From: Candidatus Eiseniibacteriota bacterium
GTDB taxonomy: Bacteria > Eisenbacteria > RBG-16-71-46 > CAIMUX01 > WJJG01
Assembly (NCBI GenBank): GCA_030601305.1
Contig: JAUVTV010000001.1
Span: 1 to 47,246, forward strand
Reading direction: 5' to 3'
Length of the DNA: 47,246 bases
The notes under the pieces were generated by a model. It ran no database searches. It saw nothing but the letters and a program-made list of their open reading frames with translations, and was not told the DNA's origin. This document shows, piece after piece, positions 16,939-26,464 of this stretch. Positions within the stretch are counted from its first letter, which is position 1. Each line of letters begins with the position of its first letter. A program made the translations under genes and the position numbers.

Positions 16939-17454
16939 CTACGCGCTCGCCAGGATCTTCTCGCGTATGATCAGGTGACCCTCCAGCCGGCCGACCATCT
17001 CGTTGAAAGCTCGGAAGAAGACACGCGACGTGCGCGGCGCGGTCGTGACTGAGGCGCCGCTGTGCTCCAGGTGGGCCAGGGTGGCATCGAGGTCCTCGAG
17101 AATCAGCAGGTCGGCCTCGAGCAACCGGTCGAGAAGCCGCTCGTCGACGGGCTCGGCATCGAAGAAGCTCTTGAAGCCGTAGGGGGCGAAGCGCACCGCA
17201 TCGGCGATGGTCTGGATGCGCAGCTGGCACTGGGTGAGCTGTTCCATGGGGGGACCGGAGGATTCGCCCGCCCAGCGCTCGCGAACCGCGTCAAGCTGGG
17301 TGCCCATGGCAAGGAGCTGGCGGTAGACGCGCGCCCGCAGGCGGGCGTCCTCTTCCTGGCGAAGTTCTCGACGCTTGTATCCCTCGTACCCGGGGACCAA
17401 GTAGGCGAGGTTCTCCAGGAAGCGAACCCCGCTGGGTCGTTGCGGAACCTGCAT
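16939..17454 (-). CDS. Hypothetical protein, 171 aa.
   Basis: ATG at 17454 preceded by AGGAGAGG with 7-nt spacing. Amino-acid composition is balanced. This is only the C-terminal part of the 954-aa track ORF, and the rest is antisense to the NtrC-like gene. Confidence 0.5.
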   Translation of the reverse strand: MQVPQRPSGVRFLENLAYLVPGYEGYKRRELRQEEDARLRARVYRQLLAMGTQLDAVRERWAGESSGPPMEQLTQCQLRIQTIADAVRFAPYGFKSFFDAEPVDERLLDRLLEADLLILEDLDATLAHLEHSGASVTTAPRTSRVFFRAFNEMVGRLEGHLIIREKILASA

Positions 17455-17751
17455 GTCGGGGCCTCTCCTGCCGGCCCGCGCGGGCGCGTGCCGCGGGTCG
17501 GCGGTGTGTCCACTTGCGGTTGTCGTCTCCCTCCCGTCTCCGATGAGTCGGCCCCCGATGCAGGCGCCAAGGTGCAAAGGGCGTGCCCGAACGGGTTGAC
17601 CCGCCGAAAGCGGCTTCCTAGCATGCCGAAAGGCGTGCCACGTGGCGGCTACGAGCCGTCTCGGGACGGCTGTTGCACCCCGTGCGGGTGTGCGCAATGC
17701 AATCCCGCGGGCGCGCGGGCGTGGGAATCGCAATCTTGAAGTGGGCGGGCC

Positions 17752-19128
17752 GTGGCCAAGAGACCCGAAAGACAGGATCGCCACACGATCCTCATGGTTG
17801 CCCATGACGCACCCGAAACGCGCCGGCTGCGCGCCTCCCTTGAGGCCGGGGGACGCGCGGTCGTCTGGGTGCAGAGCCGCGAGGCCGCGATCAACGTCCT
17901 CGACAGCACCGTCGTCGACGCGCTGATCACACGCCTCCGGGCGCGCCGCATCCGCGGGATGGCCCTCCTGGAACTCGCCCGCAAGCGCAATCCCGACGTG
18001 GGTGCCATCCTGCTGATCACACCCGACGAGGTCGAGCAGGCGACCCGCGCCATGCGCCGCGGCGTGATCGACTTCCAGACCGTGCCGTTCAACCTCGAGA
18101 AGATCGCCGCCGTCCTCGACCGCCTGGAGGAACGCCAGCGGCTGGCGGCCGAGTTCTCGCGCCTCAGCCAGCGCCTGGATCATGAGTTCGGGTTCCCTAA
18201 CCTCGTGGGCAATTCGTCGGCGATGGCCCGACTCCGCGCGCACCTGAAGGAGATCGCACCGCTGGAGGTCCACGTCCTCGTCCACGGCGAGGAAGGTGTC
18301 GGGAAGCGGACCATCGCCCGCACACTGCATCTGAACAGCCCGCGTCGCAATGCGCCGCTGGTCGAGGTCGACTGCGCGGTCATCCCGCCCCGGCAACTCC
18401 CCCGCGAGCTCTTCGGCGTCCCATCCCCGGGTCCCGGCCGCCGCCGCCCCGGCCGGCTCGAGGTTGCCGCCGAGGGCACGCTCTACCTGAGCGAGATCGG
18501 CGCGCTTCCCCGGGAGGTCCAGAGCCGGATCGCCGACACCCTGCGAACCGGGCAGATCCGCCCCGAAATCGACGCGCCGCCGGTAGAGGTGCGCCCGCGC
18601 GTCGTGGCCTCCAGCCGCAGCGATCTGGCTGGCGGCGTGGAGCAGGGCCGGTTCGACGAGGGCCTCTTCACGCTGCTTGGCGAATCGCGGATCGAGATCC
18701 CGCCCCTGCGTCACCGGCGACGCGACATCCCCGTCCTTGCCCGCCACTTCCTTGCGGAGGCGGCGCAGGAAGTGAACCGAACGCTCTCCCTGAGCCGCGC
18801 GGCGCTGGACAGCCTCTCCGACTACGAGTGGCCGGGCAATTGCCGCGAGCTCAAGGGGGTGATCGCCGAGCTCGCGGCCTCGACACCCGCGGGCGCCACC
18901 ATCGGCAGTGACGACCTGCCAACCGGGATCCGGGATTCGCGTCCCCGGGAGGGATTCCTGGGCGTGCCCCTCGGCACCTCGCTTCCCGAGGCCGAAAGAC
19001 GGCTCATCCTCGAGACCGTTCATCTCTGCGGCGGCAATCGCGAGAAGGCCGCGGCTATCCTGGGGATCGGGGTGCGGACGCTCTATCGAAAGCTGCGCAG
19101 CTACGCCGCCGGGGAGGGAACGACCTAG
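17752..19128 (+). CDS. NtrC-family (bacterial enhancer-binding protein-like) regulator with receiver, AAA+ and Fis-type HTH domains. Catalytic and contact motifs are degenerate.
   Basis: Contains GEEGVGKRT (Walker A-like), IPPLRHRRRDIPVLARHFL, WPGNCRELKGV and GNREKAAAILGIGVRTLYRKL. GAFTGA is absent (ELFGVPSPGPGRRRPG...) and Walker B reads LYLSEIG. Confidence 0.85.
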   Translation: MAKRPERQDRHTILMVAHDAPETRRLRASLEAGGRAVVWVQSREAAINVLDSTVVDALITRLRARRIRGMALLELARKRNPDVGAILLITPDEVEQATRAMRRGVIDFQTVPFNLEKIAAVLDRLEERQRLAAEFSRLSQRLDHEFGFPNLVGNSSAMARLRAHLKEIAPLEVHVLVHGEEGVGKRTIARTLHLNSPRRNAPLVEVDCAVIPPRQLPRELFGVPSPGPGRRRPGRLEVAAEGTLYLSEIGALPREVQSRIADTLRTGQIRPEIDAPPVEVRPRVVASSRSDLAGGVEQGRFDEGLFTLLGESRIEIPPLRHRRRDIPVLARHFLAEAAQEVNRTLSLSRAALDSLSDYEWPGNCRELKGVIAELAASTPAGATIGSDDLPTGIRDSRPREGFLGVPLGTSLPEAERRLILETVHLCGGNREKAAAILGIGVRTLYRKLRSYAAGEGTT

Positions 19129-19139
19129 ATCACCAAGAC

Positions 19140-19174
19140 TGCCAAAATGACAGTCCGAAGTGACATTCTTGGCA
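19140..19174. promoter_or_regulatory. Imperfect inverted repeat or hairpin just after the NtrC-like stop codon (TGCCAA-N23-TTGGCA with inner pairing).
   Basis: Sequence is tgccaaaatgacagtccgaagtgacattcttggca. There are 6 outer bp plus about 6 further pairs and no U-tract follows. It could be a protein-binding site or an RNA stem. Confidence 0.3.
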
Positions 19175-19366
19175 ACCCCGGACGGGCGCGAGTCCCCGAT
19201 TTCCCCCAAAGAGCTTCCAATGTCGCATCCTGAGACAGGATTCTGTTTCATATTAGAACGCACGATGAGCCAATCTGGCAGGGATTCGAGAGGAATCCGG
19301 CTCTTCATTCTGCGGTCATAGCCATAACCTCCCACTGATAAAGAGATTGCAAATCGAGTGTCACTT

Positions 19367-19382
19367 TGGCATGATTCTCGCT
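19367..19382 (+). promoter_or_regulatory. Sigma-54-like -24/-12 element upstream of groES.
   Basis: TGGCATGATTCTCGCT has GG and GC at the canonical spacing of TGGCAC-N5-TTGC. It lies about 130 nt upstream of the groES ATG. This is a single match by eye. Confidence 0.3.
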
Positions 19383-19510
19383 GTTTCTTTCGCCAGGAGT
19401 GAAGTGGGCTCGGCATACATACCGCGGGCCCGTAGGACTGACCGGTTTCGCGGCATCCCTCGAGGTGCGTCGGTGACCGGTGGAATTCGTTCAATGGAGG
19501 AGGAGGACCG

Positions 19511-19813
19511 ATGAAGACGAAGATTCGTCCTCTGGGTGACCGTATCCTCGTCAAGCGCCTGGACGAGGACAAGGAGCAGCGCTCCACGGGCGGCATCATC
19601 ATCCCTGATACCGCCAAGGAGAAGCCGATGGAAGGCAAGGTCGTGGCAGCCGGGCCGGGTCGTCGCACGGATGACGGCAAGATCCAGAAGCTCGACGTCA
19701 AGGTCGGCGACCGCGTTCTCATGAGCAAGTACGCGGGTACGGAAGTGAAGATCGAAGGTGACGAGTACCTCATCATGCGCGAGGACGACGTCCTCGGCGT
19801 CATCGTGGGCTAA
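19511..19813 (+). CDS. groES: Co-chaperonin GroES, 100 aa.
   Basis: Contains [15 protein letters not shown]...[40 protein letters not shown] lies upstream. Confidence 0.97.
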   Translation: MKTKIRPLGDRILVKRLDEDKEQRSTGGIIIPDTAKEKPMEGKVVAAGPGRRTDDGKIQKLDVKVGDRVLMSKYAGTEVKIEGDEYLIMREDDVLGVIVG

Positions 19814-21478
<1,665 letters not shown>

Positions 21479-21508
21479 TCGCGGTTCCGGCTTCTTGAAT
21501 GACATCGG

Positions 21509-21541
21509 GCCGCCCCGATCCGAAAGGGTCGGGGCGGCTTT
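21509..21541 (+). terminator. Rho-independent terminator after groEL.
   Basis: 10-bp perfect stem gccgccccga / tcggggcggc, loop tccgaaaggg, followed by TTT. Confidence 0.75.
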
Positions 21542-21673
21542 GGCTTCAGGACGAGGAAGCCGTGGATCACGAGATGGACGCGCTGAAAAGCCCAGCCCCG
21601 CAAGGCCAATCCTTGAGCACTGCATCGCGGGGGGGATCTGCTATGATCGCCCCCGAGGAGGACCGTCAAGAAC

Positions 21674-22804
21674 GTGGCCTGGACAACAGACCAAGAGCCC
21701 GAACGGGCCATTCTGGTTGGCCTGGCGGACAGCGACGAGCTGGCGCTGCTCGCCACGACGGCGGGGAGCGAGGTCGTCGGTCGCGTGCAGCAGCGGCGTG
21801 AGACCCTGCGTGCGGCGACCTTTCTGAGCCGCGGCAAGGTCGAGGAGGTGCGCCGTCTGGCGGAGAGCGGGAACGCGAGCCTCGTCATCTTCGATGAGGA
21901 CCTTTCGCCCGCACAGGTGCGCAACCTAGAGAAGGCGCTGGATCTCAAGATCATCGATCGCACCGAACTCATCCTCGACATCTTCGCGACGCGCGCGCGA
22001 TCGCGCGAGGCGCAGATGCAGGTCGAGTTGGCGCAGCTCCAGTACCTCCTGCCGCGACTGACCCGCATGTGGGTGCACCTTTCGCGACAGGAGGGCGGCA
22101 TCGGCATGCGCGGCCCCGGCGAGACGCAACTCGAGGTGGACCGCCGCCGCGTGCGCCAGCGTATCAGCATGCTCAAGCGGCGGCTGGTCGCCGTCGCGCG
22201 CGAGCGCCGCGTGCAGAGGCAGCGGCGCAAGAGCATGTTCCGCGCATCCCTCGTGGGCTACACCAACGCCGGCAAGTCGACGCTCTTCAATGCCCTCACG
22301 CGTGCGGGCGTGCTCGAAGAGGATCGGCTGTTCGCTACGCTGGAAACCACCACGCGCCGTCTGGCCCTCGACGGTGGCAAGATAGTGCTCCTCTCCGACA
22401 CGGTCGGTTTCATCCGCAAGCTGCCGCACCACCTTGTCGTATCCTTCCACGCGACGCTGGGCGAGATGCGCGAATCAGATCTCCTCATCCACGTCGTGGA
22501 TGCATCCATCGACAACTTCCGCGAGCAAATGGAAGTGGTCGACGAGGTCATCGACGGACTGCTGGACGGCCGCGTGATCGCGCGCCTCTTGGTCCTCAAC
22601 AAGGCCGATCGACTTTCGGAGGAGCGGGCCTTTGCCCTGCGCGCGGAGTTTCCCGACACGGCGATCCTCTGCGCGCGGGACCGCCAGCAGGCACTGGGTT
22701 TCAAGAAGAACCTGGCCGAGGCCATGAAGGCCTCGCTGTCCGGTGGTGCGTCCGTCAAGGGGCGCGCCACGCCTGGAATGGACGCCGCGCCCGAGGCCGG
22801 TTGA
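21674..22804 (+). CDS. hflX: GTPase HflX, 376 aa.
   Basis: Contains the HflX N-domain (ERAILVG...IFDEDLSPAQVRNLE...IIDRTELILDIFATRA), G1 GYTNAGKSTLFNAL, G3 DTVGFI and G4 NKAD. GTG start. Confidence 0.92.
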   Translation: MAWTTDQEPERAILVGLADSDELALLATTAGSEVVGRVQQRRETLRAATFLSRGKVEEVRRLAESGNASLVIFDEDLSPAQVRNLEKALDLKIIDRTELILDIFATRARSREAQMQVELAQLQYLLPRLTRMWVHLSRQEGGIGMRGPGETQLEVDRRRVRQRISMLKRRLVAVARERRVQRQRRKSMFRASLVGYTNAGKSTLFNALTRAGVLEEDRLFATLETTTRRLALDGGKIVLLSDTVGFIRKLPHHLVVSFHATLGEMRESDLLIHVVDASIDNFREQMEVVDEVIDGLLDGRVIARLLVLNKADRLSEERAFALRAEFPDTAILCARDRQQALGFKKNLAEAMKASLSGGASVKGRATPGMDAAPEAG

Positions 22805-24579
22805 TGCCCTTTGTCTTGGCAGGCTCTGCGCGCAGACATCTCGAGCGGCTCTCCGCCTACCTGCTCGCTCTCGGGGCGCTCTGTGGTTTCACTTCTCTCG
22901 TCCTGACACACGGATTCCCTGGCGGCACGGAGCCCCATCGCTGGGGAGGTCTGCTCGAGGTGCCGGCGGTGCTCCTCCTCGTGCTGGAGCATCTCCTGAT
23001 CACCCTCACGGCGGGGAGCTGGCGCAGGGTCTTGGCGCGCCGCTGGTTCGGGCACATTGTCTTGGGCCTGCTCCTGTTCGGGGGCATTCTCGTCCTGGCC
23101 CAGCTGCGCGGGGTTCTCCATCTGCCCATTCGCCCCGAGACGCTCGCGCGCGCCTATGTCATCGGCCTGCAGGTCTACATCGGTGTCACCATGGTCGTCG
23201 CCGGCGCGAGCGTCAATCGCGGGCTGGCCAAGGTCCCGCTGCACCCCTCCGCCATGGCGTTCCTGACGTTCATGATGCTGATCGCCGTGGGGAGCGGATT
23301 GCTGATGTTGCCCACGATGGTCCCCGCGGACAGCCACCTGCGCGGGATCGACGCGCTGTTTACGGCGACCTCGGCGGTCTGTGTGACCGGGCTCGTGGTG
23401 TTGGACACGGGAACCGCCTTCACACGACTGGGGCAGGGGGTCATCCTCCTGCTCATTCAGCTCGGAGGCCTCGGGATCATGGCGCTCGCGGCCTTCATGG
23501 GCATGCTCGTCGGCCGCCGCAGCGTGGGGCTGAGAGAGCGCGCCGTCATGCGCGACATCCTGCACGTCGGAGCCCTGCGACAGGTCACCCGCGTGCTCCG
23601 GTTCATCGTCGTATCCACGATCGCGATCGAGCTCGTGGGCGCGACGGTGCTGTACCTTGCCTGGCCGCAACGTACCGGCCGTCTCTTCGACAGTGTCTTC
23701 CACGCCGTCTCCGCATTCTGCAACGCCGGGTTCTCGACGAACGCGGACAGCCTGGAGGGCGTGTTCGGGCAGCCGGTGATTCTGATCACGGTCCTCGTAC
23801 TCCTCGTGCTGGGCGGACTGGGCTTCGTCGTTCTCGCCGATCTGTGGCGGCGGCCGCCGCCCCGGCGAAGGCTCGCCGGCGAGTGCGGCAAGAGCCTCAG
23901 GCCGCGGGTCCGTCTGGCCGTGCAGACGCGCATGGTGCTCGCCATCACGGGAGGGCTTCTGCTCGTCGGTTGGCTGGGCTTCCTCCTGCTCGAATGGAAC
24001 GGGGCGCTCGCCGCGATGAGCTGGCCCGAAAAACTCCTTCGCGGGCTCTTCATGTCGGCGACGCCGCGGACCGCCGGGTTCACCGCGACGTCGGCTGCCC
24101 TGTGGGGGCCGCCCACGGCATTGATGCTCCTCATGCTCATGATGATCGGTGGCGCACCGGGGTCTACGGCCGGGGGGATCAAGGTGACCACGCTCGGCGT
24201 GATGCTCGCGGCGGTCCGCTCGATGGTTCGCGGGCGGGCGAACCCGGTCGTCTTCCGCCGCGAGGTGAGTCTGCAGACGATCCGCGAGGCGACGGCCGTG
24301 ATCACCGTCTACATCGCGGCGCTCTGTCTGGGGACCTTGCTTCTCCTTATCACCGAGCGCGGGAGCCGGCAGACGGTGCTCGTCGAGGTCGGCGCAGCAC
24401 TGGGAACGGGGGGTCTCACCTTGGGTCTTACGCCCCATCTCTCGATGGTGGGGAAGTGCATCATCGTTGTGCTCATGGTGGTGGGGCGCGTGGGACCGAT
24501 TACGCTCGCGCTCACGGTCGCCAGGCGCCATCCGCCGCCGGCCGTGCGCTACCCTGAAGAGAAGGTCATGATCGGCTAG
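22804..24579 (+). CDS. trkH: TrkH/KtrB-family potassium uptake membrane subunit, 591 aa.
   Basis: Polytopic, with repeated pore-loop-like segments (TATSAVCVTGL, FCNAGFS, TPRTAGF, GGAPGSTAGGIKVTT). The ATG at 22804 overlaps the hflX stop. I reject the upstream part of the 836-aa track ORF because it lies inside hflX. Confidence 0.88.
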   Translation: MPFVLAGSARRHLERLSAYLLALGALCGFTSLVLTHGFPGGTEPHRWGGLLEVPAVLLLVLEHLLITLTAGSWRRVLARRWFGHIVLGLLLFGGILVLAQLRGVLHLPIRPETLARAYVIGLQVYIGVTMVVAGASVNRGLAKVPLHPSAMAFLTFMMLIAVGSGLLMLPTMVPADSHLRGIDALFTATSAVCVTGLVVLDTGTAFTRLGQGVILLLIQLGGLGIMALAAFMGMLVGRRSVGLRERAVMRDILHVGALRQVTRVLRFIVVSTIAIELVGATVLYLAWPQRTGRLFDSVFHAVSAFCNAGFSTNADSLEGVFGQPVILITVLVLLVLGGLGFVVLADLWRRPPPRRRLAGECGKSLRPRVRLAVQTRMVLAITGGLLLVGWLGFLLLEWNGALAAMSWPEKLLRGLFMSATPRTAGFTATSAALWGPPTALMLLMLMMIGGAPGSTAGGIKVTTLGVMLAAVRSMVRGRANPVVFRREVSLQTIREATAVITVYIAALCLGTLLLLITERGSRQTVLVEVGAALGTGGLTLGLTPHLSMVGKCIIVVLMVVGRVGPITLALTVARRHPPPAVRYPEEKVMIG

Positions 24580-24595
24580 CAGAAGGAGTCTCGAG

Positions 24596-25285
24596 ATGCA
24601 GAGATACATGGTGATCGGCCTGGGAACGTTCGGGCGTACGCTGGCGATGGAGCTGGCGCGGCTGGGCGCCGAGGTCCTGGCGATCGACCGCGATCCGGCC
24701 CTGGTCGGCCGCGTGGCGCCGCACGTTGCCCTGGCGGTGACCGCCGATGCCACCGACCCGCAGGTGCTCGACTCGCAGAACGCCAAGCAGATGGATTGCG
24801 CCATCGTCGCCACCGGCGAGCAGTTCGAGGTCACCGTGCTGACCACCGCCCTGCTCGTCGAGCTGGGCGTGCCTCTCGTGATGGCGCGCGCGATGTCGCA
24901 GACGCAGAAGCAGATCTTGAAAAAGGTGGGCGCGCACGCGGTGGTCATGCCGGAATACGAGATCGCCGAGCGGCTCGCCCGCTCCCTGCACCTCAGCGGC
25001 GTCGTCGACTTCGTCGAGCTGCCGGAGGGCTATTGCCTCAAGCAGGTCCGCGTACCCAAGGACTTCGTGGGCCGGAGCCTCCAGGAGCTCAGCGTGCGAC
25101 AGAAGGAACGCGTGATGGTCATCCGCATCCGGCGCAAGGAGGTCGAACGCGACAAGCGCGGCGAACCGCACGTGGAAGATGAGCTGATCGCGATCCCCGA
25201 CGGCGCGACTGAGCTCCGCGATGGCGATGTGCTCTCCGTCATCGGCTCCGAGGCCGCTGTGGCCCGTCTGGGCGACGAGGAGTGA
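24596..25285 (+). CDS. trkA: TrkA/KtrA potassium uptake regulatory subunit (TrkA-N NAD-binding plus TrkA-C), 229 aa.
   Basis: Contains MVIGLGTFGRTLAMELARLGAEVLAIDRD and a C-terminal RCK_C-like segment. Confidence 0.9.
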   Translation: MQRYMVIGLGTFGRTLAMELARLGAEVLAIDRDPALVGRVAPHVALAVTADATDPQVLDSQNAKQMDCAIVATGEQFEVTVLTTALLVELGVPLVMARAMSQTQKQILKKVGAHAVVMPEYEIAERLARSLHLSGVVDFVELPEGYCLKQVRVPKDFVGRSLQELSVRQKERVMVIRIRRKEVERDKRGEPHVEDELIAIPDGATELRDGDVLSVIGSEAAVARLGDEE

Positions 25286-25288
25286 TCC

Positions 25289-26464
25289 GTGCCGGATGCG
25301 TGGCTGCGTGATGCGAAGCGGGAGCTCCTGCGCTTCCGGACCGGCGAGGAGCTCCGCGCCTCGGGCTTCTGGCGCTCCCAGGGCGCCGAAATCGAGAAAC
25401 TCCTCGCGACCGTCCAGGACGGCTCACCCCCCCAGCCGATTCCACCCACCGCGCGGCGGGAAACCCTCCGCATCGTCCACTGGAACATATTGAAAGGTAT
25501 TGAGTTCGAGAGCATTGTTCGCGTACTTCGTGAACACGACATGCTGCGGGATGCGGACGTGATCCTGCTGAACGAGGTCGATGTCGGCACGGCCCGCGCG
25601 GCCAACCGGCATGTCGCAGCTGAGCTGGCCGAGGCCCTCGGCCTCCACTGGGCCTTCGTGCCGAGCTACCTGGAGCTCACCCAAGGCCCGGGCGCGGATG
25701 TCGATGCCCCCGGCGAGAACGAGGTCGGACTTCACGGCGTCGCGTGTCTCACGCGCGAACCTCCTGTTGCGCTCTCCGCCGTGCCGCTCCCCGATAGCTT
25801 CGACTACTTCGCGCACGCGGAGAAGCGTCTCGGCCGGCGCACCGCACTCCTGGCCGTGCACCCGGACGGTTTCGTCTTCGGCGCCGCGCACCTCGAGGTG
25901 CGTGGCACCCCGCGGGGACGCGCGAAGCAGATGGCGGCCCTGTTGGACGGCGTCGAGCGCCTCTGTGCTCGCCAAGCGGAAGCTGGCCAGCCCGTGCAGG
26001 GCGTCGTCCTCGCCGGCGACCTCAACACGCACACCTTTCCGCGCGGCAGTGCGGCGCGCGCGCTCCGCGGCTTCTTTCGACTGCTCCTTACGCCACCCGG
26101 CATGCTCAAGAGGCAGCTCCGCGAGCCATGGCGCGCAAACCGCGAACCGGCGTTTGCCGAGCTGCGTCGCCGCGGGTACGACCTGACCGCGCTCAACGAC
26201 GACGGGCTCACGGCTTGGGCGTGCGTCGCCGCGTTCGAGGAGTGCGACTGGCTTCCGCGTGGCACTCGGCGCTGGTTGGCGCGCCGCCTCGAGCCAGAGC
26301 CCGGAGGCATTCCGCTCCGGCTCGACTGGTTCATGGGGAAGAACGTGGAGCGTTGCGGCGAGGCATGCACCGTGGTGGAATTGCTCAATGCGCAGGGGCC
26401 CTCGGACCACGCGCCCCTGGTCCTCGAGATCGCTATGCCGCCTGTCCCGCCGACTCGAGCATGA
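25289..26464 (+). CDS. Endonuclease/exonuclease/phosphatase (EEP) family protein, 391 aa.
   Basis: Contains LRIVHWNILKG...ILLNEVD...AGDLNTH...PSDHAPLVLEI. GTG start 3 nt after the trkA stop. Confidence 0.8.
   Translation: MPDAWLRDAKRELLRFRTGEELRASGFWRSQGAEIEKLLATVQDGSPPQPIPPTARRETLRIVHWNILKGIEFESIVRVLREHDMLRDADVILLNEVDVGTARAANRHVAAELAEALGLHWAFVPSYLELTQGPGADVDAPGENEVGLHGVACLTREPPVALSAVPLPDSFDYFAHAEKRLGRRTALLAVHPDGFVFGAAHLEVRGTPRGRAKQMAALLDGVERLCARQAEAGQPVQGVVLAGDLNTHTFPRGSAARALRGFFRLLLTPPGMLKRQLREPWRANREPAFAELRRRGYDLTALNDDGLTAWACVAAFEECDWLPRGTRRWLARRLEPEPGGIPLRLDWFMGKNVERCGEACTVVELLNAQGPSDHAPLVLEIAMPPVPPTRA

Noticed and set aside
19129-19510. CIRCE (HrcA operator) or a sigma-32 heat-shock promoter upstream of groES.
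   Set aside because: I found no TTAGCACTC / GAGTGCTAA half-sites. The closest CTTG...CCCCGAT pair (around 19167-19198) has a spacer of about 19-20 nt, which is too long for a sigma-32 promoter.
17455-19803. Upstream 783 codons of the 954-aa minus-strand ORF 16939..19803.
   Set aside because: This part is antisense to the NtrC-like gene and to groES and has low-complexity composition. Only the last 171 codons, which have their own RBS, look like a gene.
22258-24948. 896-aa minus-strand ORF, plus the 604-aa plus-strand ORF at 22743..24557.
   Set aside because: The first is antisense to trkH and the second is off-frame within it. Both are extremely Arg/Pro/Gly/His-rich, whereas the trkH frame gives clean TM helices and pore-loop motifs.
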